Shown here: one piece after another, positions 15,723 to 25,717 of the stretch
How the letters are laid out: every line of letters starts with the position of its first letter
How positions within the stretch are numbered: position 1 is the stretch's first letter
Notes under the pieces: generated by a model
What the model was told of the DNA's origin: nothing
Seen by the model: only the letters and a program-made list of their open reading frames with translations
The model's database searches: none
Program-made: the position numbers and the translations under genes
Assembly: GCF_000315625.1 (NCBI RefSeq)
Contig: NW_005434616.1
Span: forward strand, 186,001 to 250,000
Direction of reading: 5' to 3'
Source of the DNA: Guillardia theta CCMP2712
Taxonomy: Eukaryota > Protista > Cryptophyta
Length of the DNA: 64,000 nt

Positions 15723-18017
15723 CTATTTACTATCAACAACCTCCTCGAGGAAAATGGTGCAAGGGCAGTCAGAACATGCGTAGGGAAACCAGGGCACGCC
15801 GCACCCGAAAATGTCATTGCTGGTTTCACGCAGCAGCACCTCTTTGTCCTTTCGGATCTCCACCTGCCCTCGCTCACAGTCCACCCACACCTCGATGCTG
15901 TCTCCTTCAATGCACATTGCAAACTCCATGTCCACATGGCGCGAAAGGGTGGGAGCGCGGACCTCCCCCCGGCAAAGTATGCTGCCGTCCCATGACAACC
16001 ATGCGATGCAGTGGGTCCTTGTCCTCTGTTTCCATTCCTTGCTAGCGCGCGGGAGTTCGTCCACTGGGATATCCTCCATGGCGATGCCCACGGCCAATCG
16101 CTCGACCCGTCCGGAGAAAGAGAAACGCCATCGCACGCTTCCTTGAATCTTCTTCGCTCCTAGAGCTCCTATCCATCTCTGATTTGACGCATTCCTGACA
16201 GACTTCCCGCCATGGCCGATGGTCATGCTGGGATGGGACCTGGAAGGAGACCAAGAGAGGAAAGACGACAGGTCATCGATGCTCCTTGGCTCCTCTCCTC
16301 CCTCTGCTTCCTCCCTGAGGTCAGCATAGTTCCAGGAACTTGACACGAGCCTGCCCTGATCATCCAGGCACTCTTCCCTTACACGCACACAGGTCTTGCG
16401 GGAGACAGGAGGGCAGAAAGCTGCTGGGATTGTGCAGCTTGTGCTGGGGCCAGCAAACACCGTCCTGAAGCTCACAGGGTTGCCATGGGCGTCAGCTTCC
16501 GACACTTGAACGAAGAACACGGATTGTTCGCGAGGAGTTGGGGATTCAGACGTTAGAGCCTTGCCGGAGAAGAAAGGTTGCCAGCTCACACTGATCGCAC
16601 TTCCCGAACTTCTCATGCAGGTGACTGTGTACGGCTGCGAAATGCCGACTCGGAGCGACGGCTCCATCCTCACAAACTTCTCACGGAGATCGAGCGTCTC
16701 TTCTTGCTTGTTGGCATAGAGATCAGGATACTGCAGCCTGAGATGCGCCTCGAAAGTCTCATACCAATCGTATCGTGCATTCCGCACAACAGCGTCTGTC
16801 GGCTCTATCGCCTCACTTCCTTGAGCACTGACCAGATCACCTGGCGACTCCTGGAACTTCAACTCAACGGCAGGAACTGCCGTATCCGAGCCCACGATCG
16901 ATATGAAAGGAGGTGAGAGAGGTTGAGAGCGAGCAGGATTCTGAAGCTTGAACGAGAACGAGGACCTATTTCCAGGCGCCAATTCTTCTTCAACCTGCAC
17001 CTCTAACGTGCCATCTCCCTTGCTCCAGACTCCCGTGTTGGCAAAGGGGGCCGCCTTCTCCTTCTCCCCTGGGAATGTGATTTCCAGTTGACCGTCGTCC
17101 TCAGAAGCGGACCCTCTCAATCCTGAAACAACGACCCTCGCTCCCTGCATGATTCGGCGATTCAGCGAAAAAGAAACAGTGATAGTGTTCAGGGATCCTG
17201 GGTAGTTTGTGTCCGAATGTATCCCAGCATAGATGAAGAATGCCTCTTCTGCTGATTGCGTCATCCTGTCATTGGAAACTTCTGAATGCGATGAGTTGAT
17301 GTCCGTCAAGTAAACGGGGTCAATCTCTACACATCCGACCGCTTCAAGGGAAACTCGATCCATAGCGAAAGGCATGGCTGGATTCCTGACGTGCAGCTCT
17401 AGGAAGTGCTTCTTGCGCGGGCTCAGCACTCCTCGGAGGTAGAGCAACAGATCACCCCTGTCGTTCCACGAGCCCTTTCCTCCTTGTTCAGAGTCCGGGC
17501 TGTTGGCAAAAAGTTTGGCAATGGAGCCACCCAGGTCCAGAAGAGGATCCTCTGTATCGGATGGTGCAAACATGTGGAGACCTGAGACCTGGAGCCAGCA
17601 GAGAGACTCTTTGCTTCCTCCTGCTCTTGCGGGACCTAGAGGGACGTTGGATGAGAACGCAATTGTGACGATGTTCTTCGAAAGCGGGGTCGGGCAGGAC
17701 TGTGAGATGGTATGGTGAAGCCATTTCGCGTGGACTACTTGAAGGGGAGAGGGACCTGTGTCTCCTCCTGCCTTGTTTCTGCTGCTTCTTCCATCCTCAG
17801 CAAGCCTGTGCCAGTCCTCTCCTCTCCTCTTCGCTGCGGCATTCTTCGTCGCCCGGACGAACTCACTCACGACAGTTCCAGACCAGGAGAAGGTCTTCTC
17901 GTCGGTGTATGAGTCTTCTCCGAAGGACTGGAGGACCTGGCAGATCTCCTCGCAGTCGCTCAGGCTCATCTTGTCCCCTGCGATCCTCCCCTCCAACCCG
18001 GGCATCCACCCCGCCAT
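15723..18017 (-). CDS. Intronless 764-aa protein: beta-sandwich module, FN3-like domain, C-terminal SPRY/B30.2-like domain
   Basis: Long ORF. FN3-like ISVSW..FFVQV..TVFAGPSTSCTI..VRVR; SPRY-like WRFSFSG..LAVGIA..GDSIEVWVDCERG..WFPY. Confidence 0.65.
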   Translation of the reverse strand: MAGWMPGLEGRIAGDKMSLSDCEEICQVLQSFGEDSYTDEKTFSWSGTVVSEFVRATKNAAAKRRGEDWHRLAEDGRSSRNKAGGDTGPSPLQVVHAKWLHHTISQSCPTPLSKNIVTIAFSSNVPLGPARAGGSKESLCWLQVSGLHMFAPSDTEDPLLDLGGSIAKLFANSPDSEQGGKGSWNDRGDLLLYLRGVLSPRKKHFLELHVRNPAMPFAMDRVSLEAVGCVEIDPVYLTDINSSHSEVSNDRMTQSAEEAFFIYAGIHSDTNYPGSLNTITVSFSLNRRIMQGARVVVSGLRGSASEDDGQLEITFPGEKEKAAPFANTGVWSKGDGTLEVQVEEELAPGNRSSFSFKLQNPARSQPLSPPFISIVGSDTAVPAVELKFQESPGDLVSAQGSEAIEPTDAVVRNARYDWYETFEAHLRLQYPDLYANKQEETLDLREKFVRMEPSLRVGISQPYTVTCMRSSGSAISVSWQPFFSGKALTSESPTPREQSVFFVQVSEADAHGNPVSFRTVFAGPSTSCTIPAAFCPPVSRKTCVRVREECLDDQGRLVSSSWNYADLREEAEGGEEPRSIDDLSSFLSWSPSRSHPSMTIGHGGKSVRNASNQRWIGALGAKKIQGSVRWRFSFSGRVERLAVGIAMEDIPVDELPRASKEWKQRTRTHCIAWLSWDGSILCRGEVRAPTLSRHVDMEFAMCIEGDSIEVWVDCERGQVEIRKDKEVLLRETSNDIFGCGVPWFPYACSDCPCTIFLEEVVDSK

Positions 18018-18187
18018 ATTGCCCCTGCTCTGATCAGATTTAGGTGGAAAGCGCGTTTACTCAAAAGTAAAAGTGGTACCAAGGTTTCCCAGTTTAAGAG
18101 ATATTTGGTCTAATTTAAATAATTTCTTCTTAATAATAGTAGCTTTCAGCTAGAACAGAGTACCCTTGTCTTGGCTGCCTCTTCGCC

Positions 18188-18757
18188 ATGCGATCTTACG
18201 GTACAGCGCCATCGGCACCATTGGCAGCTGCTCCTGCTGCCGCGCGAGCATCGAAGCACCTCCTCCTCCTCCCCTTGCTTGCCCTTGCTGCTGTCTTGCT
18301 CCTTGCTGCCAGCCGTGTGGCCCCAGTCGCACTCTGGAACGCTGCTCACAACGATGAGATCAGGTTGGACAACGTAGGCAGGCCCCACCCGTCCGAGTTT
18401 GCGCACACCCCCGTCTCCAACGGCAACCTCGAGAAGAAGCTCATGAGTGAGGTTCTCACTCATCGCCACCATGTCATCGTGGACCCCAGGGAGGTTCAGC
18501 AATACTACCAGCCCCTTAAGTGGATCCATGAGCAGGGAGAGCCGTCGGCCAGGGCCAGGCGCGGCGCAGCTCTTGGGCAGCGTAAGATTGCTCGTCAGCA
18601 GATGCTTTGGAACGATAAGATTCTCAGGATGAGCCCAGAGAAGGTCAACACCATGATCGCCAGCAGCGTGCGCTCCTTGGACAACCAGACTCCCAAGACT
18701 TTCCGCTCCAAGCTAAACCAGAAGATTATCAATGACATTCAAGCAGCAGACCACTGA
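18188..18757 (+). CDS. Unknown 189-aa protein with N-terminal signal anchor
   Basis: ATG-initiated ORF with GC3-rich codons and hydrophobic LLLLPLLALAAVLLLAA. Confidence 0.75.
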   Translation: MRSYGTAPSAPLAAAPAAARASKHLLLLPLLALAAVLLLAASRVAPVALWNAAHNDEIRLDNVGRPHPSEFAHTPVSNGNLEKKLMSEVLTHRHHVIVDPREVQQYYQPLKWIHEQGEPSARARRGAALGQRKIARQQMLWNDKILRMSPEKVNTMIASSVRSLDNQTPKTFRSKLNQKIINDIQAADH

Positions 18758-18941
18758 TCGATGGCATGCTGCTGAGATGCTGGTGGAGTGGTGAGAAAAC
18801 GTTTTAGTAAATACAACAAGTTTCTCAGCCCGGAGTTTGTTCGATCCCAATCTCCTCGTGCACCAGTGGAATACAAACAGGCTGAAACGCGACTGACGAG
18901 TGCAGCATTTAAGTTTGAAGTTTGTGTGTGCCGAGATTCAG

Positions 18942-20361
18942 TTAAATAAGCTTTGTTCCGCTCTTCAACAGGTAATGACGATACAACTCAAGACACCCAA
19001 CATGACAACCTGGCAATGAATGATTGTCTTCGTACAGAACCTGTGAAAGAGACAGGTATCAGCACCAAACCACTGTCAGAAGCCAGAGAATAACACCTGG
19101 CGGATTAGATCTTGTATGCTGACTGTGAAAATCTTGAGAGATTCGAAACGATCTTTGAGTTGTGCGCTTGAATATCTCTCTATCACCTGCCTCATTCAAC
19201 AAATGAAGACGCTCAATCCCACGAAAGATGTCAAACGTCTCTACGGGTCACCTCTGAAGATGAGAGTCGGGTTTTGACAAGGAACAGCATACACGTACGA
19301 TGATTCACAACTCGCCTTGCAAAGCCTAAAAAGATCTTCCAGCTGCGGAGTCAGAGGATTGCAAACGGTCCAGTGGACGTACCGGCTCCTCCACTTCGGA
19401 CGGCAAGATGCCAGTCTCCTCCTCTACCTCTTCCAGGATTGCATTCCACAACTCGCTGACAACCTGTGTAGTTCTTGCATCAGCTCCAGGAAGCAACACA
19501 ATAGGAAATCTAACATCGTCCTCCGTCGGCACAGTTCCTTTTTCATTCATTTCATTCCAGTCCTGTAAGCTCTTGATCCCTATCCTCTCCGGCTCGGCGT
19601 GACCACCTGGTAGTACCACAGCCTGAGCGAGGTGAAGACGTAAGCTGTGTTGACCTCCAACAGTGAGACTACTATCCCAACTCACATTGTGACATTCACC
19701 CACATTCCCGCTTCTTTGCAAGAGTACGATCTGGCCATCGCAAGTCTCCACAATCGCAGCGTTCCCCAGAGTATTTGCCATGCATTCTCCAGAGTTTGCA
19801 TCTTTCTCGTGGACTTGCAAAGTCTCTCCTGAAGGAGTCTCATACTCAAAAACATTTTCTCCGGCATGCTGGTTCTGCGGAAAGAAGGCTTATCAGAGAT
19901 GGATGACGACAAGACAAACATGATCTAACCAGATCTTCGCTCAACATGGAACCCCAATCAGCACGAAGATTTGTTCCGACATGCGCTCTATAGTCCGTTA
20001 TACCGAACTGCAGGAGTACATGACTTTCTTGATTCCTCTCGTCACCACTCAATGTGAAGCCTGAAGTCGTATGTTATCAAACTCCCTAGAAGGACAACGC
20101 GTGCCTGCAAATCTGAATTTTGAGCCGTTGTACAAGAAGGAGTTCTTTTCTATCTTTGATTTCCACTCAGCTTCCACGCAGTCTTCAGAAGAGCTTGTTC
20201 GTCTGTCATTGCACCTGCGCTGTGCGCTCATCTTCACATTCAAAAAAGGCTCCCGCCCGGCGAGGTTACCTGTTCAAATGTGCCTTCACCTGCGTCCGCT
20301 TCATCCCCTCAGGGAGGCAGAGGAGCAGGTCGAAACTGGCAGCAGCGGCGCGAGAGATCAT
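18942..20361 (-). CDS. Nudix hydrolase, NUDT22/AtNUDX9-like (multi-exon)
   Basis: Exons read LYNGSKFRFAG, GITDYRAHVGTN, LGNAAIVETCDGQIVLLQRS, PGGHAEPE, ILEEVEEETGI (Nudix box). Confidence 0.85.
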
Positions 20362-20780
20362 GGTGCAAGAACAAGAGCGGAAGAGGATGAGAGAGCCAAG
20401 CACCAAACTCACTGCCCTCCTTCTACGCCCCATCCAGCATACCCTCCAGCATCAGCTCCAGCATGCCTTTCCATTAAAATTATTGATCGCACGGTTATGA
20501 CACCGTTACATCAGATTGATCGAATCACAGTTGGAATCATCCGGCTAGCCTAGTAGCACGGCCGTAGTACAATCCGGGGCCGGCCGGGCCGGGGCCGGGC
20601 TCCGGCCGCCGGCCCGCCGCGCCGGGCAAATGGCGGCGGTGGACAAGGCTCAGTCACGCCCCCGCGGTTGTGTCATGGTATCCTGCATTGACATTCATTG
20701 TTCAAGCATTATGGAAAATCTAATTAGCATCTTCAACTTTTAGGGTTCCAAATAGGCCCAAGTATCATCCAGGTTGATCT

Positions 20781-22593
20781 TCATTCAGCCGCTTTCTCTG
20801 GAGACTCATCGCCGCACTTGATTCGCAAGAAGCCCTTTACTTTGATTGGCTTGCCAAGAGTCTACAGTAATGTCAGGACATGAGAAGACACAATGAAGTG
20901 GAGATGGACAGACCTTGGAGGCTGACTCGATCACGTCCTTGACCTGCATCGTGATAACCATGTCAACAATAATAACTTGGAGCATTTTAGAGCAGAAGAC
21001 CTTCTTCTTCTTCTCATTCTGACCAACAATTAGATAATCTTGCTCATGCAGCACAACTTCCTCCTGTTCAGAAACTTTCATCAGCTCCATCTTCAGCAGA
21101 ACAAAAGATCAGTTCTCACATGCCACTTTTTCAGCCTTCCAGCAATCATCCTTTCAACCACATCCTTTGGCTTCCCGCTCTCTGCTCCCTGAACAAGACC
21201 TCACATCGCGTGCTGCACTAGAAACCATGAAGATGGTGCACCTGGGCACGGAAAATTTCGGACTCCTTCTCGATGGCTGCTTGAGGAATGTCCTCCACCT
21301 TCAAGTGGACCTCAGTGGAGCCATCAACCTCCTTATACGCATTACAGTGTTGAATTTGGGCGAGGCGGCCGCTATGTGCATAGCTAGCTCCATGCCGAAG
21401 GATTCGAGGTCCTTTCAAGCACAATTAAGCGCGCGAAACTTCGCCGTCAGTTTGTGGAGACCTTCGCAGAGAGAGAAGATTCCAAGGCCACGAGCACTCC
21501 AAGCTTTCCCACATCATCTCCCATTGGTGTGTGAATGTACTTCACAATGCAACCCTCGGAGACTTCGAGCTTTTGAGCACGACGAAGCTGCAGTGCAGGG
21601 TGAGCTCAGAGTTGACATGCAAGTGAAACAAATCAGACCTGGCAATTTTCTCCGACCGTCGCAACCATCTCCTTCACTGCTTCGTCAATGCTCACCTACT
21701 CGTACTGTCAATCCATAATATGTCGCCATTGAGCCTTCCACATACAACTTACCGCAGACGTGGACTTGGGTCCACTGGCAACAGTCTCTTTCTTGAAATC
21801 TTCTACATCCATGTCCGACTTTGTCTTCAATCTCACTAGGCAGATATCCTCAACTAGCTTCTTGAAAATAGGATTCTTTGCCACAAAGTCTGTTTCTGAA
21901 TTTAGCTCGACTACAGCTCCGCTCTTCTTGTCATCTGAGCTCAAAAATATGAGAATTTAGAAATGCTTCACATCAAAATTCCTTGGAGCTTGACAGCTAC
22001 AAGTCCATCAGCCGAACGGCGACCGATTTTCTTCGCTGCACTTGCAATTCCCTTCTTTCGCAGCCAATCCATTGCAGCTGTCACGCACGGAGCATACTTT
22101 GAGCAAGATTACAAAAGAAGAAGAGAAGATCACTTGTCATGTCCCCGTTGCAAGCTTCCAATGCTCTCTTGCAGTCCATCATGGGCGAGCCTGTCTTGTC
22201 TCGCAGTTCCTTCACCAGGGAAGCAGGGGTAGAGAATGCGCGCAAGTCAGCACGTGCATACGCACAAACCGCAGCGCGGACAGACTGAACAATGGGCCTC
22301 GCTCTAACGCATCTTGCAAGCCTGTAAGAAGATAAAACTTCATCAGAAGTAGAAGTCGAACACTCATCTTTGGTGCATCCCCCACTACTCATGCAAACAA
22401 AGAGACCCTTCGTAACAAAGAACAAACGCCGTCGATCAAGCCCACCAAGATCCGGGACAGACAAGAGGAGACGAGGACTCAGGAAGGCTCATCTATACGA
22501 GACAGGAACAAGGGACAAGAAGAGAAGAGCAAGGATGACCAAGAACTGTGCCGCCTCCCCCTTCCCCTCTGCTCACATGCTTCGAGCCAGCAT
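20781..22593 (-). CDS. TSFM: Mitochondrial elongation factor Ts (multi-exon)
   Basis: Arg/Ala-rich presequence [14 protein letters not shown]..; [20 protein letters not shown]; [14 protein letters not shown]; VLHEQDYL. Confidence 0.92.
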
Positions 22594-22856
22594 CGCCGCC
22601 TCTGCTCACGTCAGGATGAACTTTCACTCAATTCTCCTCTGAAATCTTACCAGCCTGGCCCGGGTACACCTGGTACTCAGTACTACCGTACTGGCCGCCC
22701 TGGCACAGTGACTGACGGACCGCAGGCCCGGCCCGGCCCAGGGACCGCCGCCCGGGCCGGGCGGGCCTCGTCGGAGGGCACTGCGGCAAGTTCCGAGACG
22801 GTCTCAACCGTGCCACGGTGTCCCGGGCGCACAGCACGTCCCGCCACTGAAGGCCT

Positions 22857-23207
22857 TGTGGTGGCTGGCGGATCAGTCGCTCGGCGAACAAGCCTCGGAA
22901 ACGGCAGCGCTGAACTTCGGAATGGCCTCTCGGCCTCGCGCGGAAGACGTCTGAAGGTGATCCGACTTGCAAACGCATCCGGTCCACTGCCAGGATCTTT
23001 CGGCGGAGTCAGCCGCCCAGTCAAGCCCGGCCTCCCTCTCCTTCGCCGAGGCTGCCATCATCGCAGGTGCATTCCGGTAAGCGTCTCATTCCTTCGGCGG
23101 CGGCCACAGCGACATGCCACGCATTGGCAGGATGGGGTTTGGTTCTTGCTGTCTTTTCTCCGAGGCTTCTCGCCGTTTGGCCAGTGCGACAGTGTCAGGG
23201 TCAAGCC
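22857..23207 (+). repeat. Dispersed GC-rich repeat A, copy 1
   Basis: Shares colinear blocks (tgtggtggctggcgg, tcgctcggcgaac, ggaaacggcagcgctg, tggcctctcggcctc, aggtgatccgac, tgcaaacgcat, ggtttggttct, tgcgacagtgtcaggg) with 42508-42709. Confidence 0.85.
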
Positions 23208-23219
23208 CGGCCTCCTCCT

Positions 23220-23840
23220 CCCTATTGATTTTTAACAAGTTAAGTTAAGGCATTGTGCGGCGCTCAGCGGCCGCAGTGGCCCACCTCCGCTGGATCGGAT
23301 GCCGCGGATCACAGTGACTGAAAGTTGAAAACTAGCGGCAGTGAACCACTATCGGTTCGTGGCACATGCAGCAAGGAGAAGGACAGACCACCTGAGCAGT
23401 TATCGATCATGAGGCATGGGGAGCCACCAGGGGTGGTGAGGCTCCTGACCGTACGCACGAGTGAGTATGCCTTGTGCGTCCGCTTAGATCGTACACAACA
23501 GGGGACATTTATGCAAGGTACGGGTGGTATCTCCTGTACTGTGGCTGAACCTCGATGAGGAGCAGGCAGCAGATCTAAGCGGACGCACGAGGGATGCTCA
23601 CTCGTGCGTGAGGAGCCTCACCACCCCTGGTGATTCCCCCTGGCTATCATAAAGGGATCTTCAACAACCGCTGAGGTGGTCTGTCCTTCTCCTTGCTGTG
23701 TGTGCCACGAACCGATAGAGTGTCTGTGTTACTTCTCAAATAAACATCTTCATACCTCTATGTCTCGTCACCTTTGTGTGTGATCCAGCGGAGGTGCCTT
23801 TAGCATTAGCTGTAGACGTTTGCAACTCGTGATCATAGGG
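23220..23840. repeat. Imperfect long inverted repeat (fold-back) formed by two copies of element B
   Basis: Paired blocks: 23282-23296 with 23782-23796 (15/15), 23349-23397 with 23670-23718, and 23426-23490 with 23572-23631. Confidence 0.9.
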
Positions 23841-24045
23841 CGATAAAACTTTCTTGTATCATGCCAAAACTTTCTTGTGCATGATACAAGAAAGCTTCTT
23901 GTACTCGAACCTCCCCCAAGAGCGAGTTGTTGACAATCAGGCTTAGTTTTAGATCATTTCCTAAATCCAAGTGACTGTACAGATTCGTTTATTGACACGG
24001 AGAATTATATACAAAAGCTTTACCACCTTGTGGTTGGCACAAATA
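23790..24045 (-). pseudogene. Heavily decayed histone H4 relic
   Basis: Minus strand 23947-23909 reads TKPDCQQLALGGG versus H4 [13 protein letters not shown] with exact spacing. QGGKAF (cf. KGGKGL) lies upstream and F..MI/R.A..Y../AK downstream. Element B follows, as it does for the H4 pseudogene at 45 kb. Confidence 0.55.
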
Positions 24046-25717
24046 GTTTCCACTTTGTCGCGTCATCCCTTGCATGCATATTCGAGGACTTTGATGAAGC
24101 TTTCGAATCAAGATTTCCCTTTGTGAAACACTCATGGAGCATCGGAGAAATGTCTTGCTTGCGAAGGATTGGTCCTTGTCCAGAGTCTGAGGAACGATAC
24201 GTGCCACGAAGGGTATGCTGACGCGAGAATTCAAAGCTGGATGACTGAGAGCTTCTCTGGGAACCAGCCATGCTTGTCGTGTGCATTTCGGAAGACGAGT
24301 GTAGCGATGCTGCACAGGATCGGTAAGAACCTCGGGAACAAACCTAGCACAAGACAAACGCGCCAGCCAGTGGGTGTTCTGTGCTTCTGAGCGCGTGGAC
24401 GGCCAGAGGGGATTATATCAGAGTGGAGGAATTTGGAGGAGGTATCTGAAGCTAAGTTCACAAGGGCTTTCTGTGGAAGGGTGGGGGTACAATATCACAG
24501 AATGGGTGGAATGGAATGTACTGGTAGGGTATGTCAAGGTCCCAGTCGGAGCACAGAGAGACAGCTGAAACAGTGGGGTAGGGGTATATCCAAAACAGTC
24601 TAGTGGGTAGGTGGTGATACGTGGGTGTGGAGGTGACTGGGTGGTTGACGGAACCAAAACACAAGGAGCATTACAAAAAGTACCGGTAGATCCAGGGGCA
24701 ATGACGGGGTAGGGTATTCGGATCGGAGTTCAGGTCACGGTGTGTGGCAGGTGAAAGGGGGGTAAGGGTACTGTTCTTACATCTGAGTTTGAGTCAAAAC
24801 GGCAAGGGTGGGGGTACATGTCAGGATTAAAAGGGGGTGATGGTTGAACTCCGGAAGTCCGAGGATCCTAGAGTGGGTGGGGTGGGCGGATGAATGGATA
24901 CACACTAACGTCCCCCTATGACCATTTCAATTGACCCGTGCGAGGACAAAAAGTCAAAAACATAGTTTCGAAATAATATCTATGAATCCCTGTAGAAAAT
25001 TTGAAATTTTGGGCGGCGGTCACGTTACTTTCGGCAGTCCTTCGACCAGGCAAACAATTCTATGACGCAACCTGGACAAGGGGAAATCTCCCAAATGTTT
25101 GGAGTATAGAATCGTTATTTCAAATATACCTGACAGAGTTCGTTATAGCTGGTCAAAATTTCAAAGTCACCTTTCGTCAACTTGTGGGTCATCATGAGTG
25201 TGACGTGACTCCTGCCGTCTACGACGGTCAATCATGAATAGAGGAGCTTTTCCACGAGTCCGCCCCAGCCTGTGCTGCCGTGACCTCACAATGTGACTTC
25301 AGCCTGAGTAACATCGAGTCGGGCGGGGCCGGGGGGCCAGGGGTGACTGGCCCGGGCTATGATGAACGTGAAACCCGATAACTAAAAGTGGGCGGATAAC
25401 CAATTTAACTTTATACATGGCTGTTTATCTTTATACATGCTTGTACACGCACATACAATCGTTCGTGCCGCCCTAGGGACGCAAGGCTGACCACCCCCAC
25501 CCCTTCCTTCCCAGCCACTCCCTCACATGCACTACCTACCCCGTCCCCTCAGCCCTCCCGCGCTCGGAATGGATTCGGGGGAGTGGTGCGAGGGCTGTGG
25601 GACAGGAACGGCGGATAGTGGGGGAGACATGACAGGCGATGGCCTTGTAGGCGATCGCAGCGCACCATCGAACTTCATTCGCATTGGTAAGAGCTGAGAC
25701 ATTGGCGACTTGAACAG

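Noticed and set aside
22628-23235. Pro/Arg/Gly-rich ORFs in GC islands (also 42539-42991, 61902-62290)
   Set aside because: Expected in stop-poor GC-rich non-coding DNA; no intact domain.
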